A stretch of DNA of 64,000 nucleotides from Podarcis filfolensis. Its lineage: Eukaryota. The notes beneath the pieces were generated by a model, which saw only the letters and a program-made list of their open reading frames with translations, did not search any database and was not told the origin of the DNA. The translations under genes were made by a program, and so were the position numbers. The stretch is from NCBI GenBank assembly GCA_964270895.1, contig OZ185437.1. One strand, written 5' to 3'. This document shows, piece by piece, positions 62,912 through 64,000 of the stretch. Numbering within the stretch: position 1 is the stretch's first letter; every line of letters begins with the position of its first letter.

Positions 62912-64000
62912 TGTTCAGTTTCTGTTAATTGGTTCTCATGGGAAACTTACAGATTCTGGCTTCACACAATTAACTCAAGGCCGTGTCAATTTACTCTTGG
63001 CAGAAAGCCAAGGTCAGCTTGACCTAGAAACTACTTACTCTGATTGGTTAACGACCAGCACTCAACTCTGTTATCTAGGGATTGCTAGCACAGTTTGGTG
63101 TGTTAGGGGTGTGTTAGGAGTAGAAGTGCTGTGTATGGTTAAGAAAGAGAGAGAAAGAAAGGATTTATTTTGCTTTGTTTTGTATGCAGAAACTCTGCTG
63201 GTTTTATTTTTCCTTTTAATAAATCCTGTAAATAGTTATTCTGAATCTAGCTGACTAGTCATTTCCACCTCAACTAGCTTCTTCGCTGTGCAGGAAAACT
63301 CTGCTACGTTTGGGCTAAAGCCATTAGAGCTATGCCTGACACTTCAAAGTTCCATGAGGTTATGGGCATTGTGCTGCCAGCCTGAGTTGTGGTGGTGTCA
63401 GCATCAACGGTGTTGGTTCCAGTAGTTCCAGAAGTTGTTGTTCCTGTTGGTGCAGCAGATGGACATTGGCTGGTTCCTGACTGTGGTGAGCTGGTGACGC
63501 AGTGGACACAAGGACAACAGCTGCAGCGTGTGAGTGCTGGGTGCTGTGGTTCCTGTTTTCTCTCTCGGTGGTCGTGAGTAGCTGGTTCCGGGTTCCAGGG
63601 ACATCGCTCTCAAGATGGCCTCACAACCAGTTCAGATGGCTTTTGAGCGTCTGAATGACTCCAATTACTTGCTGTGGTCGGAACGCATGCACGCAGTGCT
63701 GCAGAGGGATCGTCTCTGGCAAGTGGTGAGTAAGTTTCCTGCAAAGCCTGATGATGAAGACCTCGATAAAGACCAAAGAGCAAGGGCCACAATTGTCTTG
63801 GGGCTGGAAGATTCCCAGTTACCGTATGTGAGGGGAATCAAGACAGCTAGAGGTGTGTGGCAAGCACTTAAAGAACTCCATGTGCGTGAGACAGCGGTTT
63901 CCAAGCTGTTCATTCGCAAGGCATTGTACAAGGCAATGTTACAGCCTGGGGTTACAATGCAGGGACACCTACACAGTTTACAGTTAAAGTTTGCTGCGCT
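62912..64000 (+). mobile_element. Ty1/Copia LTR retrotransposon, 5' end (5' LTR ~62912-63341/63357, PBS 63358-63367, leader, gag); continues beyond the window
   Basis: TG start at the BovB breakpoint; AATAAA in the LTR (~63219); GGTTATGGGC PBS; Copia Gag ORF. Confidence 0.88.
63615..64000 (+). CDS. gag: Copia-type Gag, N-terminal 128 aa, open to the window edge (not in the ORF track)
   Basis: MASQPVQMAFERLNDSNYLLWSERMHAVLQRDRLWQVV...DQRARATIVLGLEDSQLPYVRGIKTARGVWQALKELHV...LYKAML...HL fits the Copia L..NY..W...M...L....LW pattern and the UBN2-type A...I...L...Q...V....TA..VW..L pattern. Confidence 0.88.
   Translation, partial: MASQPVQMAFERLNDSNYLLWSERMHAVLQRDRLWQVVSKFPAKPDDEDLDKDQRARATIVLGLEDSQLPYVRGIKTARGVWQALKELHVRETAVSKLFIRKALYKAMLQPGVTMQGHLHSLQLKFAA

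Noticed and set aside
63389-63577. GTG-initiated Val-rich ORF in the Copia leader
   Set aside because: Out of frame with gag, low-complexity GT-rich leader, no motif; not enough to call an accessory gene.
1-64000. CRISPR arrays, operons, rRNA or other prokaryotic systems
   Set aside because: The sequence is vertebrate repeat-rich DNA; no regularly spaced repeat-spacer array or rRNA-like sequence was seen.

Overview
Vertebrate genomic DNA, almost certainly from a squamate. The Sauria-type SINEs plus L2, CR1, RTE/BovB and L1 LINEs point to a lacertid-like lizard. The window is repeat-dense intronic or intergenic sequence with one assembly gap (15228-15622). I could not recognise any host protein-coding gene, RNA gene, CRISPR array or prokaryotic feature. 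Every recognisable ORF in the track is transposon-derived: a 5'-truncated L1 ORF2 (21146-23934, 17-bp TSD), L2 and RTE/BovB 3' ends, and a Ty1/Copia gag that runs off the right edge and is missing from the ORF track. The most interesting observations are: (1) a young-looking Copia element with a putative half-tRNA-iMet primer site, nested in a BovB fragment; (2) two copies of a ~770-bp LTR-like element that both keep a polypurine tract, lack a clean TSD and differ by a swapped central module; (3) a decayed retroviral RT relic containing the exact motif LPQGWKGSP; (4) several unverified candidate host exons and a candidate promoter in the TE-poor 46-60 kb region. Family names come from recalled motifs, not database searches.
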